From: Octopus sinensis | Taxonomy: Eukaryota | Reading direction: 5' to 3' | Length of the DNA: 64,000 nt | Assembly (NCBI RefSeq): GCF_006345805.1 | Contig: NC_042999.1 | Span: forward strand, 31,124,001-31,188,000 | In this document: positions 26,589 to 39,562 of the stretch, one piece after another | How positions within the stretch are numbered: the first letter of the stretch is position 1 | How the letters are laid out: each line of letters opens with the position of its first letter | Notes under the pieces: generated by a model | Databases searched by the model: none | What the model saw: only the letters and a program-made list of their open reading frames with translations | Told to the model about the DNA's origin: nothing | Position numbers and translations under genes: made by a program

Positions 26589-26617
26589 TTATTATTATTA
26601 TTATTATTATTATTTTG

Positions 26618-26910
26618 AAGCGGCAAAGTGGAAGAATAGAAAGCATCTTAGAAAAATGCTTTGCGGTATTTCGTTCATTTCTACTTTCTGAGTTCAAGTT
26701 ACGCCTCGGTCGACTTTGCTTTTCGTCCTTTCGGGGTAATCGATTAAATAAGCCCCAGTTAAGCACTGCGTACGATTTAATCGACTAGTTCCCACTCGCA
26801 AAATTTCAGACCATCCATGCACCTATAGTAGAAAGGATTCTTCTTCTTCTTCTTCTTCTTCTTCTTCTTCTTCTTCTTCTTCTTCTTCTTCTTCTTCTTC
26901 TTCTTCTTCT
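26618..26910 (+). mobile_element. SINE family B with a (TTC)n tail
   Basis: GAAAAATGCTTTGCGGTATTTCG..TTCTGAGTTCAAG..GTCGACTTTGCTTTTCGTCCTTTCGGGG..ATAGTAGAAAGGATT, then (CTT)n at 26839-26910. Confidence 0.78.
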
Positions 26911-27601
26911 AAAATCTCTTCAACAATGTTCAAAAAGTCAATCATGACAGATCTGCTACCACATGCCTGTTCTTGAACTCAGTACCACCACCACCAGAAC
27001 CAGCAACAAAAACACTTTTGGAAGTAGAAATTTGATAAAATTCTGTCTGAATGATTCCCCACCAAGCGGTATAATATTCAAAATGCTTCGGAAATAAGCT
27101 GCAGTAGATGAGATAAGATTGAGAAAACTCATTTATTGGGTCAAGTATACCTGCTTCTATATTTACGGCGAAGGACTACGACGACAGTGGATTGAAATAA
27201 AAATATGCACATATATATATGAATGAAAAGCAACCTTAAGGATATAAGCAATGTCGAACACACATACACAAGGTATGTGTCTTGCTAGATCGTGGGCAAG
27301 CTGTAATGTATAGGCGTTAGAATATATCTTCTCGTAAATTCGCCTCGTGTCAAAACAACAGAATGTGAAATAAATTACGTTACACAAGCGAGATTACTCA
27401 CGTCAGCTCATGTTACGGAAGAGGTAGATGATAGTTCATCATCTTTGTGAATGGTCATTAACACGTTCACAAAACCGAGGTCATAAGTAAGTTACATCGT
27501 TCTCCATGACTATATGCAAAGATTTCAAAACCATATGATAGTATATCCCAACGTTTCTTGCCAAGGAAATATATATATATATATTATATATATATATATA
27601 A

Positions 27602-27633
<32 letters not shown>

Positions 27634-28735
27634 AGAATATCCATCCACTCAAAGAGAAATTCTTCTAGTCGTCTTCATCAGGCAACACAATACAATACAT
27701 TTCTGTTGAAACTAAAGTCGGTGTCATACCTCTGCACCAAGATGAGTAGTCATACACTATATATATTACGTTACATTACTAACCATTCCCTACATATCAT
27801 TACGTAGATGCGTCAGGACCTCTGTATTTAAGTAGACCCGTGAAACTAACGGTTTTTGTGTGTTCTTCAATGGCTTACAAATATCTACGCTGCAATTGTT
27901 TTTGCTTCAACAAATGATCTGACATCAAGTCACTTGCTAAGCAATTACGCCTCCAGATTTTTTAAAATCACTGTCGATAAATTTTAGCAATGAGCTAAGG
28001 CTCTACAATATTTTAATTTCTAAACAAATACAAGTGGGGGCAGGGAGTTGGGTTACAAAAGAAAATTCATAATGTGTGTGTCTGTGTATGTGTGTCGCTG
28101 TTTAAGTCGCTCGTGCAAATTTTTGTGGTTATATTGGCTTAGTTGTATACAATGTATGGAAACTGAATAAATGCAAGTTTCGAGGACTTATCGGTAACAA
28201 TTTTCTTTTCTCTCCGCATATTCTCATTTTAATTAAACAACTTTCTTGGTTCTTCTCACAGGTATCCCGTGTTTAAAAGTGTACGGGTATTTTGAAAAAA
28301 TATTAATTCCATAATGTTTTTACATTGCGTATACATTAACAGAATAAACTATCGGTTTTCCAAATAGAGAATGAAAAGTTACACTTGATAGTGGGATAAT
28401 TTGCAAATGAAATTGGAATACTCAGCAGTGAATGCAATAAATATTTAAATCTGTGCAGAATTGGACCCAGTGAATGCAATGAATATTTGAATTTGTGAGA
28501 AATTGGAGCTGCAAAAATTCAATAAACATGTTAAATAGAAAGTATAGGAAATTTCTTAGAACATGAAATCATCGTATAAAAGCGAGTTAATACGATTTTG
28601 TCCAAGTATCACTTTTTCAAAATTTTAATTTCCCTCCATCCCCAACGCAATGTCTTACTTTGTAACATTTTGCAATGTTTTTTCTTTTTGCTATCTACGT
28701 AGAAAATACAGAGGTTACGAATCTGGGAAATATAT

Positions 28736-28781
<46 letters not shown>

Positions 28782-30634
28782 AGTTTATTTTTTCTTAAAG
28801 AAACACTCAATGCCCTCTTACCCTAACTCGTGCCACCCATTACCTACCAGCTTTCAAAAAGATAAAATCTCCCAATTTTTAATTTTTGTCCGATGTTTTC
28901 CGCATACGTATAATTCTACTGCAACAGTAGACGTAAAAAATACCAGACCAACACCAGAAAGCCCGACATGCTAGAAACAACAGGTAAACGACATTATTTC
29001 TGAAAAAAAAACTTGCCTGCTTTCTAAAAAGCTAAAAGGGAAACATTGGGAGTGTGTAGCTTTTTGAAAGTGGTGAGGTGATGGGTAGAATTTTTAAAGA
29101 ATGGTACTCTCTGTTTTTTTCTCCGTAGATTAGCAAGAATATACAATTGAAAAAAGTGGAAAAAAAATTAAATTTGGTGCAGAGGGAGAAAATCAAAGTT
29201 TTGAGAATGTGTTTTGTGGGTGAAATGCTAATCTTCTCCATCGCAAACATAGGAATGGGAAGAAATTTAGGGATGAAAATAGGGAGGGGGAGGAAATGTA
29301 ACCTCGGATATACTAGAAAGAAAAGGTAAGGGAGAGGATTTCTGTGAAAACTTCCTTTTAAGATTATACCGAAGATCAGATTTTTAAATACGCTCGTTAC
29401 AAACACTAATTACACAATAGATAAAGATCATTTTAATTGGATTTGATCTGTAAATTTGCACGTGCACACTGTAAGAATTATAACTCGCACAGAAGCTTTA
29501 CCTAGAGTGTGTGTATGCATGTGTGAAAGGAAGTTATTTTATGTATTTCTTTCATTTCAAGAAGCAAAGTTGTCAACTCGACATGTATGGGATAATATAG
29601 TTGGTTGTCAATTTCCGTAAAATTCGTTTAATTTCTGTATGCTTTGAAGAGAGCAAAAATTGAAAGAGGGGATTGAGTGAAATGGCAACATTTTCTTTGA
29701 AGTGAGAGGAGAAAGTGCAAGATGTACATGTATATGAAATGGACGTGTGTGTATGTGAGAGAGAGAATGAGTGAGTGAAGGTGTGTGTTGTGATGTATTA
29801 AATTTTTTGTATGTACGTGCAAAACTAGAGGGGGCCTCCTCTAGCTTTTATGAATATAGCTTATACTGTTTGACGTCTAGGCTATGTGCTATTTTGGATA
29901 ACATCGTAGCGACCTATTTCATGTGAGGGAAAATGGATAGACGGAAACCGAACAGAAAATCATCGGATGGGTTTGTCATACTGCGTACTGCTTGTTCCGC
30001 CCCGAAACTACCTTAAGGGTACGTGTCAATGGCATACTCAATCTCATACATACTATTTCAATGTAATCAGTTGTCAGCTTAGTTGATTGAACAACCAAAC
30101 CTAATGGTCGGTAATAGTGACCGACACAGATCTTCTATACGTGTGTGTGTGTGTGCGTGTGGATGTATACATATCGTACATATATACAAATGCGCGTGCA
30201 AACACAAACGTATGAAATAAATAGTGAAGAAACGTGGGGTTCTAAAGAGGAAAGAAGGGAAGTTGAAAGAAAGTTTACAGATTTGAAGTATAACTAATGG
30301 TAGCACAGTTTACTAATGAAGGCGAATTTACATGAAAAGAAATAATTGGATATTTGTGCGCAAGTAGGTCAGATCTCACCATTTCCTCAATCACAGCCAT
30401 TCATACGTATATGTTTGTAAAAAGACAGAAATCATAGGTGAGAAAAATTTAAACTTTAGGTGACCTTATACAAAAGACAGCAAATTGTCTGATTCGTTAG
30501 ATCATTCGATATAATGCACTGTAGTTTTTGTACCAACTGCTGGCACTCTAAGTTCAAACCAAATCAAGGTCAAAATTTTATGATTCTCATCAATTCAGTA
30601 CATGCTCGCTAAATACAGAAACAGGCTAGTCGAT

Positions 30635-30760
30635 TTCTTCTTCTTCCTCTTTTTCTTCTTCTTCTTGTTCTACTTCTTTTTTTTCTTCTCTTTCTCCTCC
30701 TCCTCCTTCTTCTTCTTCTTCACCTTCTTCTTCTTCTTCTCCTCCTCCTCCTCCTTTACT
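30635..30760. repeat. (TTC/TCC)n microsatellite
   Basis: Direct reading. Confidence 0.93.
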
Positions 30761-31680
30761 TCTGCCTTTGTGTTTGGCTTTATTTCCTCTCACCCGCTCC
30801 AAAGCAGCTGCACCAACCAAATCGTTTCGTAGCAATGGCTTACCATTAATATTGATGCGATACACAGCTGGAATTTACTACTACCCAATAAATTACACGG
30901 GCCCTATTAGACAGAAATAGTTTAGCCTCTAAAGGAGACACTGATTACGTTATATTCGTTGGATAGATAAATCATTACAAAGTATCTTATGTGTTTGTAG
31001 ACAACACACCGTGTTGTTATCTGTGACATCATGTGACCTGCTTATCTAGTGAAATTGTAATATGTTATCGAACACATTGGCTTTCAAATCATGAAGCAAG
31101 CTTCACTGATCAAGTGTCTTCAATCACGTATCAACGAAGATGTAACATTTTTTATCCTAAGTAGAATTTTGTAGAACAAAATTAATCACTTGGAGATTCC
31201 TCCGTGTTATTGCTTCTTTTCCTACAAGTAAATACCAACGTTATAATCGATTAACTTGATAGAAATGAAAGCCAAGCAATTCTCAAATTATAACATGCTG
31301 TCTCAAGAATCAAGTTTACATTAGGTTGTCTTACAAAAAATATGCTTGAAAGATGAGATGCTGATTGCTGGCTGTCATTGACACTCAATCTCTTGGATTG
31401 CAGTTAATGAAGAGTTAAATAATAGAAACAACGTAACGATAAAATGAATATTTTTTTTTTCTTTTCACTGAATAATTACAGCCTAAACATAACTATGCAT
31501 ATAGATATTGATAGATGCATGCACACACATAAACTGAAACACACACACACGTATATATTTCAACACACACACACGAACATTAAGTAAGTGCCAGTTATGT
31601 ACTAGGGCTGATGTAATCTACTAACCTTCTCCCCGAAACTGCAGGCCTACAGTACTGGGAATTTTTAAAAATTTATTTAT

Positions 31681-31985
31681 GCACCCTTTCCAAGCCTAGC
31701 CAGGCTCATGGGCCTGGTTTCCCTGTTTCTGTGGCGTATGTGTTCCCCCCCCAGCTGGATAGGACGCCAAACCATCCCAGCGTTACTCAAGAAACAGGAA
31801 CAAAGAGAGAGAAAGTTGGGGCGAAAGAGTACAACAGGTGTTGCTACCACTCCCTGCTGGAACCTTGTGGAGCTCTTAGGTGTTTTCGCTCAATAAACAC
31901 ACACAACCCTTGGTCTGGGAATCGAAACCGCGATCCCCCGACCGCGAGTCCGCTGCCTTAACCACCGAGCCATTGCGCCTCCACA
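31681..31985 (-). mobile_element. tRNA SINE with a Ceph-like central domain and tail Y
   Basis: Minus strand GTGGAGGCGCAATGGCTCGGTGGTTAAGG (A box) and GGTTTCGATTCC (B box). Centre shared with 17075; tail (ctagccaggctcatgggcc on +) shared with 54001. Confidence 0.87.
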
Positions 31986-31999
31986 TGAAGGAATATATA

Positions 32000-32205
32000 G
32001 ATTTCTAATTTTGATGGAACACCTGAAATTCAGGGAAGGGGTTAAGTTGATTACATCGGAGGCAGTGCTGAACTGATACGTATATGATCGATTCCGAATG
32101 GACGGAAAGCCAAAGCGGAATTTGAACTCAGAACGTAAAGACGGACGAAACGCTGCTAAGCATTTTACCCTGTGAGCTAACGAAAACTCTGTCAGCCCGA
32201 CGCCT
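32000..32205 (-). mobile_element. SINE family B, degenerate
   Basis: gcggaatttgaactcagaacgtaaagacggacgaaac..ctaagcatttt..gctaacg. Confidence 0.65.
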
Positions 32206-32515
32206 TATAGAGTGTATACATTGGTTTAGATTTTGGTACAAGGCCAGACATTTTGGCGGAAGCGGTAAGTCGATTATATCGAGCCCAATGCACAACTTAA
32301 AAGCAGTTCTAAGGCACTGAGATGGAAGAATCGTTATTATGGCAATCAGAGCCATTTTTGTTTTCAGCTCTTTACATTTTGGGTTCAAACTCCGCCACTG
32401 TCGAATTTGTCTTTCATATCTTCAGGCTCGATAAAGAGAACATACAAGTTGAGCAATAGGGTCACTGTAAATGGCAAACCCCTTCTTCTACAGGTCTTGT
32501 GCTTATTGTAGCAAA

Positions 32516-32719
32516 ACCTGCAAACGTGGTTTAAAAAATTGGTGGAAGTGTGAAAGTAGAACACCTACAAAAATCAGCATTGCTTGGAGCCGCAAGAAGT
32601 TTTCGCAGGGTTCTTGAAGCATGACCCTTACAAAAGTCTCACCTTAGTCTGCTGGCTGAAGACAGCTGATACGTTCCATCATACCCAGCAAAATAAGCTG
32701 AGAGTTTTCATCAAATAAC

Positions 32720-32720
<1 letters not shown>
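32516..32720 (+). mobile_element. R4/Dong-like extreme 3' fragment ending in (AAT)n; mirrored at ~35418-35622
   Basis: Translates VEHLQKSALLGAARSFRRVLEA*, resembling the R4-clade C-terminal LQK..LLGTA.ILR.VL. A ~95-nt 3' UTR follows, then (AAT)n. Confidence 0.78.
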
Positions 32721-32761
<41 letters not shown>

Positions 32762-32922
32762 CCTTTCTACTGTTGGCACAAGACCTGAAATTCGAGGAGA
32801 GGGGACAGGTCGATTACATCGACCACAGTACCCAACTGGTATTCATTTTATCGTCTCCGAAAAGTTGAAAGGGTACATCGGAATTTGATCTCAGAACGTT
32901 AAGACGGACAAAATGCTGCAAA
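32762..32922 (-). mobile_element. SINE family B, 3' part; mirrored at ~35219-35378
   Basis: cctttctactgttggcacaagacctgaaatt..gtcgattacatcgacc..ggaatttgatctcagaacg. Confidence 0.7.
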
Positions 32923-33360
32923 GTGTATATTATATGTCTGCATGTCTGTATGATGTGGGTATGCATACTGATTTAACACTACCTCTGAATTGTCTCTTAT
33001 TCATCATGTTGTCAACAACGACTTGTTGAAGTCATTTAAGTACATATCGCTCAAGAATTCTGTCTAACTCTAAGTTTCTCTATTTTCCTCAGTGTCTATC
33101 AATTTATCTCTCTATATACGTCAAATCAAGCCATTCTCTGCTATCTATTCATTTATCTCAATTTCTGTAGTGTACTCGGCCTATTTCACAGACTTAAGTT
33201 CTACTCATAAGTTTTGTTAATAATGAAGCAACATTTTTGGAGTTATTACGCGCTTATGATGTCAGACGTAGACTCACTTTAATTATAACACGTGCTATTT
33301 ATCGTTATCATATAGAAACAAATATTCAATGCATATATGCGTGCATATATATATGCATAC

Positions 33361-33407
<47 letters not shown>

Positions 33408-33627
33408 TATATATATACACACATATATGTGTACATATACATACACACACTTTATTAAAGCTCGACATTTTTTAACGAAATGTTTGGGAAAACATTTCAG
33501 CTTTACGAAGTGCATAATACATTTCGGTATAAGTATACGAGTACTGTTGTTTTCCAATTGTTTTCCATTTATGAGCTTACGCTTGTACACATACTTTTAT
33601 ACGCGCATACATACATACATACATACA

Positions 33628-33712
<85 letters not shown>

Positions 33713-33885
33713 GTAAATATATATATATATGTAAATATATATATGTATGTAAATATAATATATATATATATAAGCCATAACGAGGTAAGGTGGCGAACGC
33801 TGGAGGAACAATATTTGACAGTGGGAAAGATAGGAGAGGAGACTTACAAGAATGCGTCTGATCTGCCATTACATATTATAAATAC

Positions 33886-33943
<58 letters not shown>

Positions 33944-33963
33944 GCACAAATATATACGTGCAT

Positions 33964-34033
<70 letters not shown>

Positions 34034-34139
34034 ATGCACGTATATATTTGTGCGTATATATATAATATATATATATTGTATTTATAATATGTAATGGCAG
34101 ATCAGACGCATTCTTGTAAGTCTCCTCTGCTATCTTTCC

Positions 34140-34179
<40 letters not shown>

Positions 34180-34219
34180 ATGCACGTATATATTTGTGCG
34201 TATATATATATATATATAT

Positions 34220-34271
<52 letters not shown>

Positions 34272-34455
34272 TTATAATATGTAATGGCAGATCAGACGCA
34301 TTCTTGTAAGTCTCCTCTCCTATCTTTCCCACTGTCAAATATTGTTCCTCCAGCGTTCGCCACCTTACCTCGTTATGGCTTATATATACATATATTTATA
34401 TACATATATAATATATTTACATATATATATATTTACATACATACATATATATATA

Positions 34456-34486
<31 letters not shown>

Positions 34487-34487
34487 G

Positions 34488-34525
<38 letters not shown>

Positions 34526-34750
34526 GTATGTATGTATGTATGTATGCGCGTATAAAAGTATGTGTACAAGCGTAAGCTCATAAATGGAAAACAATTTGGA
34601 AAACAACAGTACTCGTATACTTATACCGAAATGTATTATGCACTTCGTAAAGCTGAAAAGTTTTCCCAAACATTTCGTTAAAAAATGTCGAGCTTTAATA
34701 AAGTGTGTGTATGTATATGTACACATATATGTGTGTATATATATATATGC

Positions 34751-34781
<31 letters not shown>

Positions 34782-35381
34782 CATATATATATGCACGCAT
34801 ATATGCATTGAATATTTGTTTCTATATGATAACGATAAATAGCACGTGTTATAATTAAAGTGAGTCTACGTCTGACATCATAAGCGCGTAATAACTCCAA
34901 AAATGTTGCTTCATTATTAACAAAACTTATGAGTTGAACTTAAGTGTGTGAAATAGGCCGAGTACACTACAGAAATTGAGATAAATGAATAGATAGCAGA
35001 GAATGGCTTGATTTGACGTATATAGAGAGATAAATTGATAGACACTGAGGAAAATAGAGAAACTTAGAGTTAGACAGAATTCTTGAGCGATATGTACTTA
35101 AATGACTTCAACAAGTCGTTGTTGACAACATGATGAATAAGAGACAATTCAGAGGTAGTAGTGTTAAATCAGTATGCACACCACATCATACAGACATGCA
35201 GACATATAATATACACTTTGCAGCATTTTGTCCGTCTTAACGTTCTGAGATCAAATTCCGATGTACCCTTTCAACTTTTCGGAGACGATAAAATGAATAC
35301 CAGTTGGTAGTGTCGATGTAATCGACCTGTCTCCTCTCCTCGAATTTCAGGTCTTGTGCCAACAGTAGAAAGGATATATTA

Positions 35382-35418
<37 letters not shown>

Positions 35419-35734
35419 GTTATTTGATGAAAACTCTCAGCTTATTTTGCTGGGTATGATGGAACGTATCAGCTGTCTTCAGCCAGCAGACTTAGGTGAG
35501 ACTTTTGTAAGGGTCATGCTTCAAGAACCCTGCGAAAACTTCTTGCGGCTCCAAGCAATGCTGATTTTTGTAGGTGTTCTACTTTCACACTTCCACCAAT
35601 TTTTTAAACCACGTTTGCAGGTGAATTATTTATACAATATAAATAATTCGACGCCGTAACCGCTGAGTTATTCGCCTTCACTATATATGTATATATATAT
35701 ACATACATACATATGCGGTTACGGCGTCGAATTA

Positions 35735-35912
35735 CGATCTTGTCACAGTTGAGTTCGATTCCCAGACCGGGCTGCGTGTTGTCTTCTTGAACAAAATACT
35801 TTATTTCACCTTGCTCCATTTCACTCAGCAGTAGAAATGAGTTGCGACATTACTAGTGCCAAACTGTATCGTCCTTTGCCTTTCTCTTGGCCAGGAGAGG
35901 GGGAGGCCGGTG
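35735..35912 (+). mobile_element. CORE-type SINE fragment
   Basis: GAGTTCGATTCCCAGACCGGGCTGCGTGTTGTCTTCTTGAACAAAATACTTTATTTCACCTTGCTCC. Confidence 0.72.
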
Positions 35913-36159
35913 TCCAGACAAACAAGTCTTGGTTGTGTATTTGTTGGTGGGGCAACATTCCACCTAAACTTGTACCCCGGAGTTTAATCATTTAGATGCA
36001 CACGGTCATTCGTGACCGACGGAGTCGAGCTTTTATATATATATATTTGTATATATACAAAGATATATATATATATGTATGTATGTATATAATATATGTA
36101 TATATATATATATTATATATATGTATGTTATATATATATATATATTATTTATATATATG

Positions 36160-36231
<72 letters not shown>

Positions 36232-36689
36232 AACACACACTTACAAGCATACTCGGATATATACACGTGAGTGCTTGTATATGTGCGTGTGTGTATGTGT
36301 ATGTAGCTGTGTATTTTAATGATATAATGAATAACCTCTATATCTTTCGGGCATGTGTTAGACGTTTTTACTTATTATATACGTTATTATTTACCCACAC
36401 CCTGTTGTTAGGCATCGTAAACACGGAAATAGTGGCGACCACAAGGTCACACTAATGTTTAAATTGTTTATACAAAAATTCACACCGATAACAATATCAT
36501 GCATAGATTTTAGTTGTAGCTGACAGATATTAATTGTAAAGTGTGAAGTACAAGTGATTCAATACTGTTTTATCAAGACTTTACATTATGTTTGAAAGCA
36601 GCAGTACAAGAATGATATTTAGGAGAAATTTGTATAAAAGAGAATAGTTTTCCTCCAATTTAATGGCAACAAAGTCTGGAAATCAGAGT

Positions 36690-37335
36690 TATATCTGATC
36701 TTCAAATGCACTTCACTGCACTGATCCAAGAGTCCCACATGATTATATATTTAAGAGGAACGTAAATTGTGTCTTGAAATATAAACATACATATTGCATC
36801 GTTTCTTCGGATGCAAAATGACTTCGAAAAAAGATAAATAATTCTAACTCACCATCAGGGAATCGAACTCATACTTCCAACAGTACAGTTAAGTACCATG
36901 CTGATAAGTGACATATGATATCATATGCCTTATTTTATAATGTTAAATAACAAAAAATAACAAAAATATATCAATTTACTAAATGGCTATCTTTTTGTCA
37001 CTTAAAGACACACCGCATTTTGGTGGCTACAATTTTTGCCCAATTATCTCTACATAAGATTCATCTCATAGAGATCATTCGAGTACAACTGTTGTATAAT
37101 TTACTTCAATATTAGCTGGAATTTCTTCATTCAAAACCAAATTTGTCGCAACTTAGCGTTTTTTGTCTTCACTTAATGCAACACAACGTTTTTCTAGCTA
37201 ATATTTCTTAACGCAGTGTTCACCAAAGGATATTGTTCAATGAGCACGTTCTTTGAATTTCAATTAATTTATACTTTCGTTTAAAATAACACATATTCTG
37301 ATTCAAAGTCAATTTTTCGCCTTCATCTCACAGTT
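36690..37335 (-). pseudogene. Possible highly decayed mariner/Tc1 transposase relic
   Basis: Minus-strand fragments resemble 'IL.EH..VKK..AR' and 'LSEDxK', with many stops and frameshifts. Weak. Confidence 0.3.
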
Positions 37336-37347
37336 TTCAACTCACTT

Positions 37348-37560
37348 ATAGTGTAGAATTAGTAGCAGAACTTGAGGCTGTTCAGCGATACTACACGAGG
37401 ATGATTGCATCAATGGAACAGCTGAGCTACTGGGAGAGACTGAAAGAGCAACAACTCCACTCCCTAGTGAGAGGGCGAGAGAGGTACGATGTGATATATG
37501 TGTGGAAGAACTGGGAGGGCTCGCAACAAACTCTGGAAATCAGAATTTTACTGGTGAGTG
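37348..37560 (+). mobile_element. CR1/L2-group LINE ORF2 C-terminal fragment
   Basis: ELEAVQRYYTRMIASMEQLSYWERLKEQQLHSLVRGRERYDVIYVWK matches the LE.VQR..T..I....LSY.ERL..L.L.SL..RR.R.D.I...K motif. Confidence 0.8.
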
Positions 37561-37709
37561 TGTTACATTATCAGGTGCAAACAGAAAATGACTCTCCCCA
37601 GACACAACAGAATATATTATATATATTAATATTTATATCATATAATATATATATAGATATATATATAGATATATATATATATATATATATGATATATTTA
37701 TATTATATA

Positions 37710-37745
<36 letters not shown>

Positions 37746-37796
37746 TATATATATATAATATTATATATATATATATGATATATTTATATTATATAT

Positions 37797-37843
<47 letters not shown>

Positions 37844-37860
37844 TATATATATATATATAT

Positions 37861-38211
37861 AAACCAATCAGCTCAACCAACCAATCAGCTTAAGTAATTG
37901 AGTGATACTACACACTGATTGGTCAGAATAGAGTTTGCAAAACCTAGCAATCTGGAGCCTACACAGCTGTATTTAAGGCACAGATTTAATCATCTCGCTA
38001 CAGTCAAAAATTGTGAAGCATGACTGTCACCACTACTAAATGAACCTGAAGATTGCAGAATTTAATGCATGAGAATACTAGTTCAATCAGAATGAACATC
38101 TAACATTCTATTGTTTTATTTTCTTTTATTATATTATATTAGCTTATATTATATCATTATAAGATTGTAAATAAAACGAGAAAATCAGACAAGGTTGGAA
38201 TCCTTTTAGTA

Positions 38212-38212
<1 letters not shown>
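37861..38212 (+). mobile_element. Solo Penelope-like terminal repeat (pLTR) between (TA)n tracts
   Basis: CCAATCAG at 37864 and 37881, CTGATTGG at 37915, TATTTAAG at 37970, hammerhead-like motif at 38041-38085, AATAAA at 38170. Confidence 0.62.
38041..38085 (+). ncRNA. Minimal hammerhead-like motif with one core deviation
   Basis: UGAAC CUGAAGA U UGCA gaauuuaa UGCA U GAGA AUAC UA GUUCA. Stem I is UGAAC/GUUCA, stem II is UGCA/UGCA, and GAGA replaces GAAA. Confidence 0.55.
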
Positions 38213-38259
<47 letters not shown>

Positions 38260-38471
38260 ATATATATATATATATATATTATATACGTATATATTGTATA
38301 TATATATATTATATATAACTTATATAAATATATATATACGTAAAGATAATACAAATATTTATATATATATATGATAATATGTATATATATCAATAATATA
38401 TATATTATATATATATTGGTACATATATAATTTTTATATATGTATCTATATGTAAATTATATTCATATATA

Positions 38472-38742
38472 TTGAGACCCCCTTCGGTCACGCCACTGTC
38501 CATAGGATTGCCCCTAGGAAGTTACCCTCCCAGGTTGTTTTTATGGAAGACCAGCAGGCGCTCAAGCATACCGGCCTTTCCTCTCTACACCACCAGTGTT
38601 ATCCAAAGGAAAGGCAGCTTGGCACCTGTGACGCCGCAACTCATTACTACAGCTGGGTGACCTCGAGCAACTTGAAATAAAGTATCTTGCTCAAGAACAC
38701 AACACGCAGCCTGGTCCAGGATTCCAACTCACAACTTCACGA
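38472..38742 (-). mobile_element. CORE-type SINE with tail Z, 5' truncated
   Basis: Colinear with 10010-10590 but lacking the nested SINE A. Confidence 0.8.
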
Positions 38743-39223
38743 GAAAAATAGTAGAATAATAAATGGAGGTAATTGGTTAGGCTATGGTTATTATTGTTAT
38801 AATTATGGTTATTATATATAACAATAATAACCATAACCAATTACCTCCCTTTATTTTCTACTTGCAAAGTCATTCACTCGTAAATATCATCACATACAAC
38901 ATGGACAAAATTTCTTGTTAAGAAAAAATACATATTCAACTAAGTAAAACATAATATCATGAGTAGCGATGGCGAAACCGGTGGTTATAGTAAAAATTAT
39001 ATTGAAACTATGTAAGTGTGCGTATTTTCCTTTTTTAATTTCTTACATACATTGCAACTCACCACATGGGGATAATCGAAATTCCTCATTTCTATTACTA
39101 CTTATATAATATTATATATATATAATATATATATATATATATAATGTTTTCTGACAGGAATTTGCTACCAAGGTATCGATTAACCGAATTATCACTACTA
39201 GGATAATTCATTCACCTACTTAA

Positions 39224-39289
<66 letters not shown>

Positions 39290-39490
39290 AAAGTAAGACA
39301 GGGGTATGAAAGTACCCACTATGGGATATCAGTTATCCAATATATATATATATATCTATATGTGTATATATAGATAAATATACATGTATATATATATAAT
39401 ATATACTATAAATAATTAATGTATAAACATATAAAGATAATATGTATATATATGAATAATACTCATATGTATAATACATATACCAATATT

Positions 39491-39562
<72 letters not shown>

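Larger units (their letters stand above)
32516..35622. repeat. 3.1-kb palindrome (inverted duplication) centred on a (TA)n tract at ~33976-34022
   Basis: 32516-33975 is the reverse complement of ~34023-35622, with few differences outside the microsatellites. An extra partial tandem copy is present (34023-34143 versus 34172-34333). Confidence 0.95.

Noticed and set aside
27640-27690. Minus-strand CTGATGAAG beside a TA tract
   Set aside because: No convincing stem II, GAAA or stem I follows.
28427-28508. 42-bp tandem duplication; also 13-bp x3 at 58621-58660 and ~90-bp x2 at 39410-39660
   Set aside because: Ordinary local slippage duplications. They lack the unique spacers of a CRISPR array, and the context is eukaryotic.
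28980-29410. Purine-rich block resembling a LINE relic; similar weak relics at 43060-43712 (DTTLY-like) and 58480-59110 (mariner-like)
   Set aside because: The motifs are too decayed to assign without a profile search.
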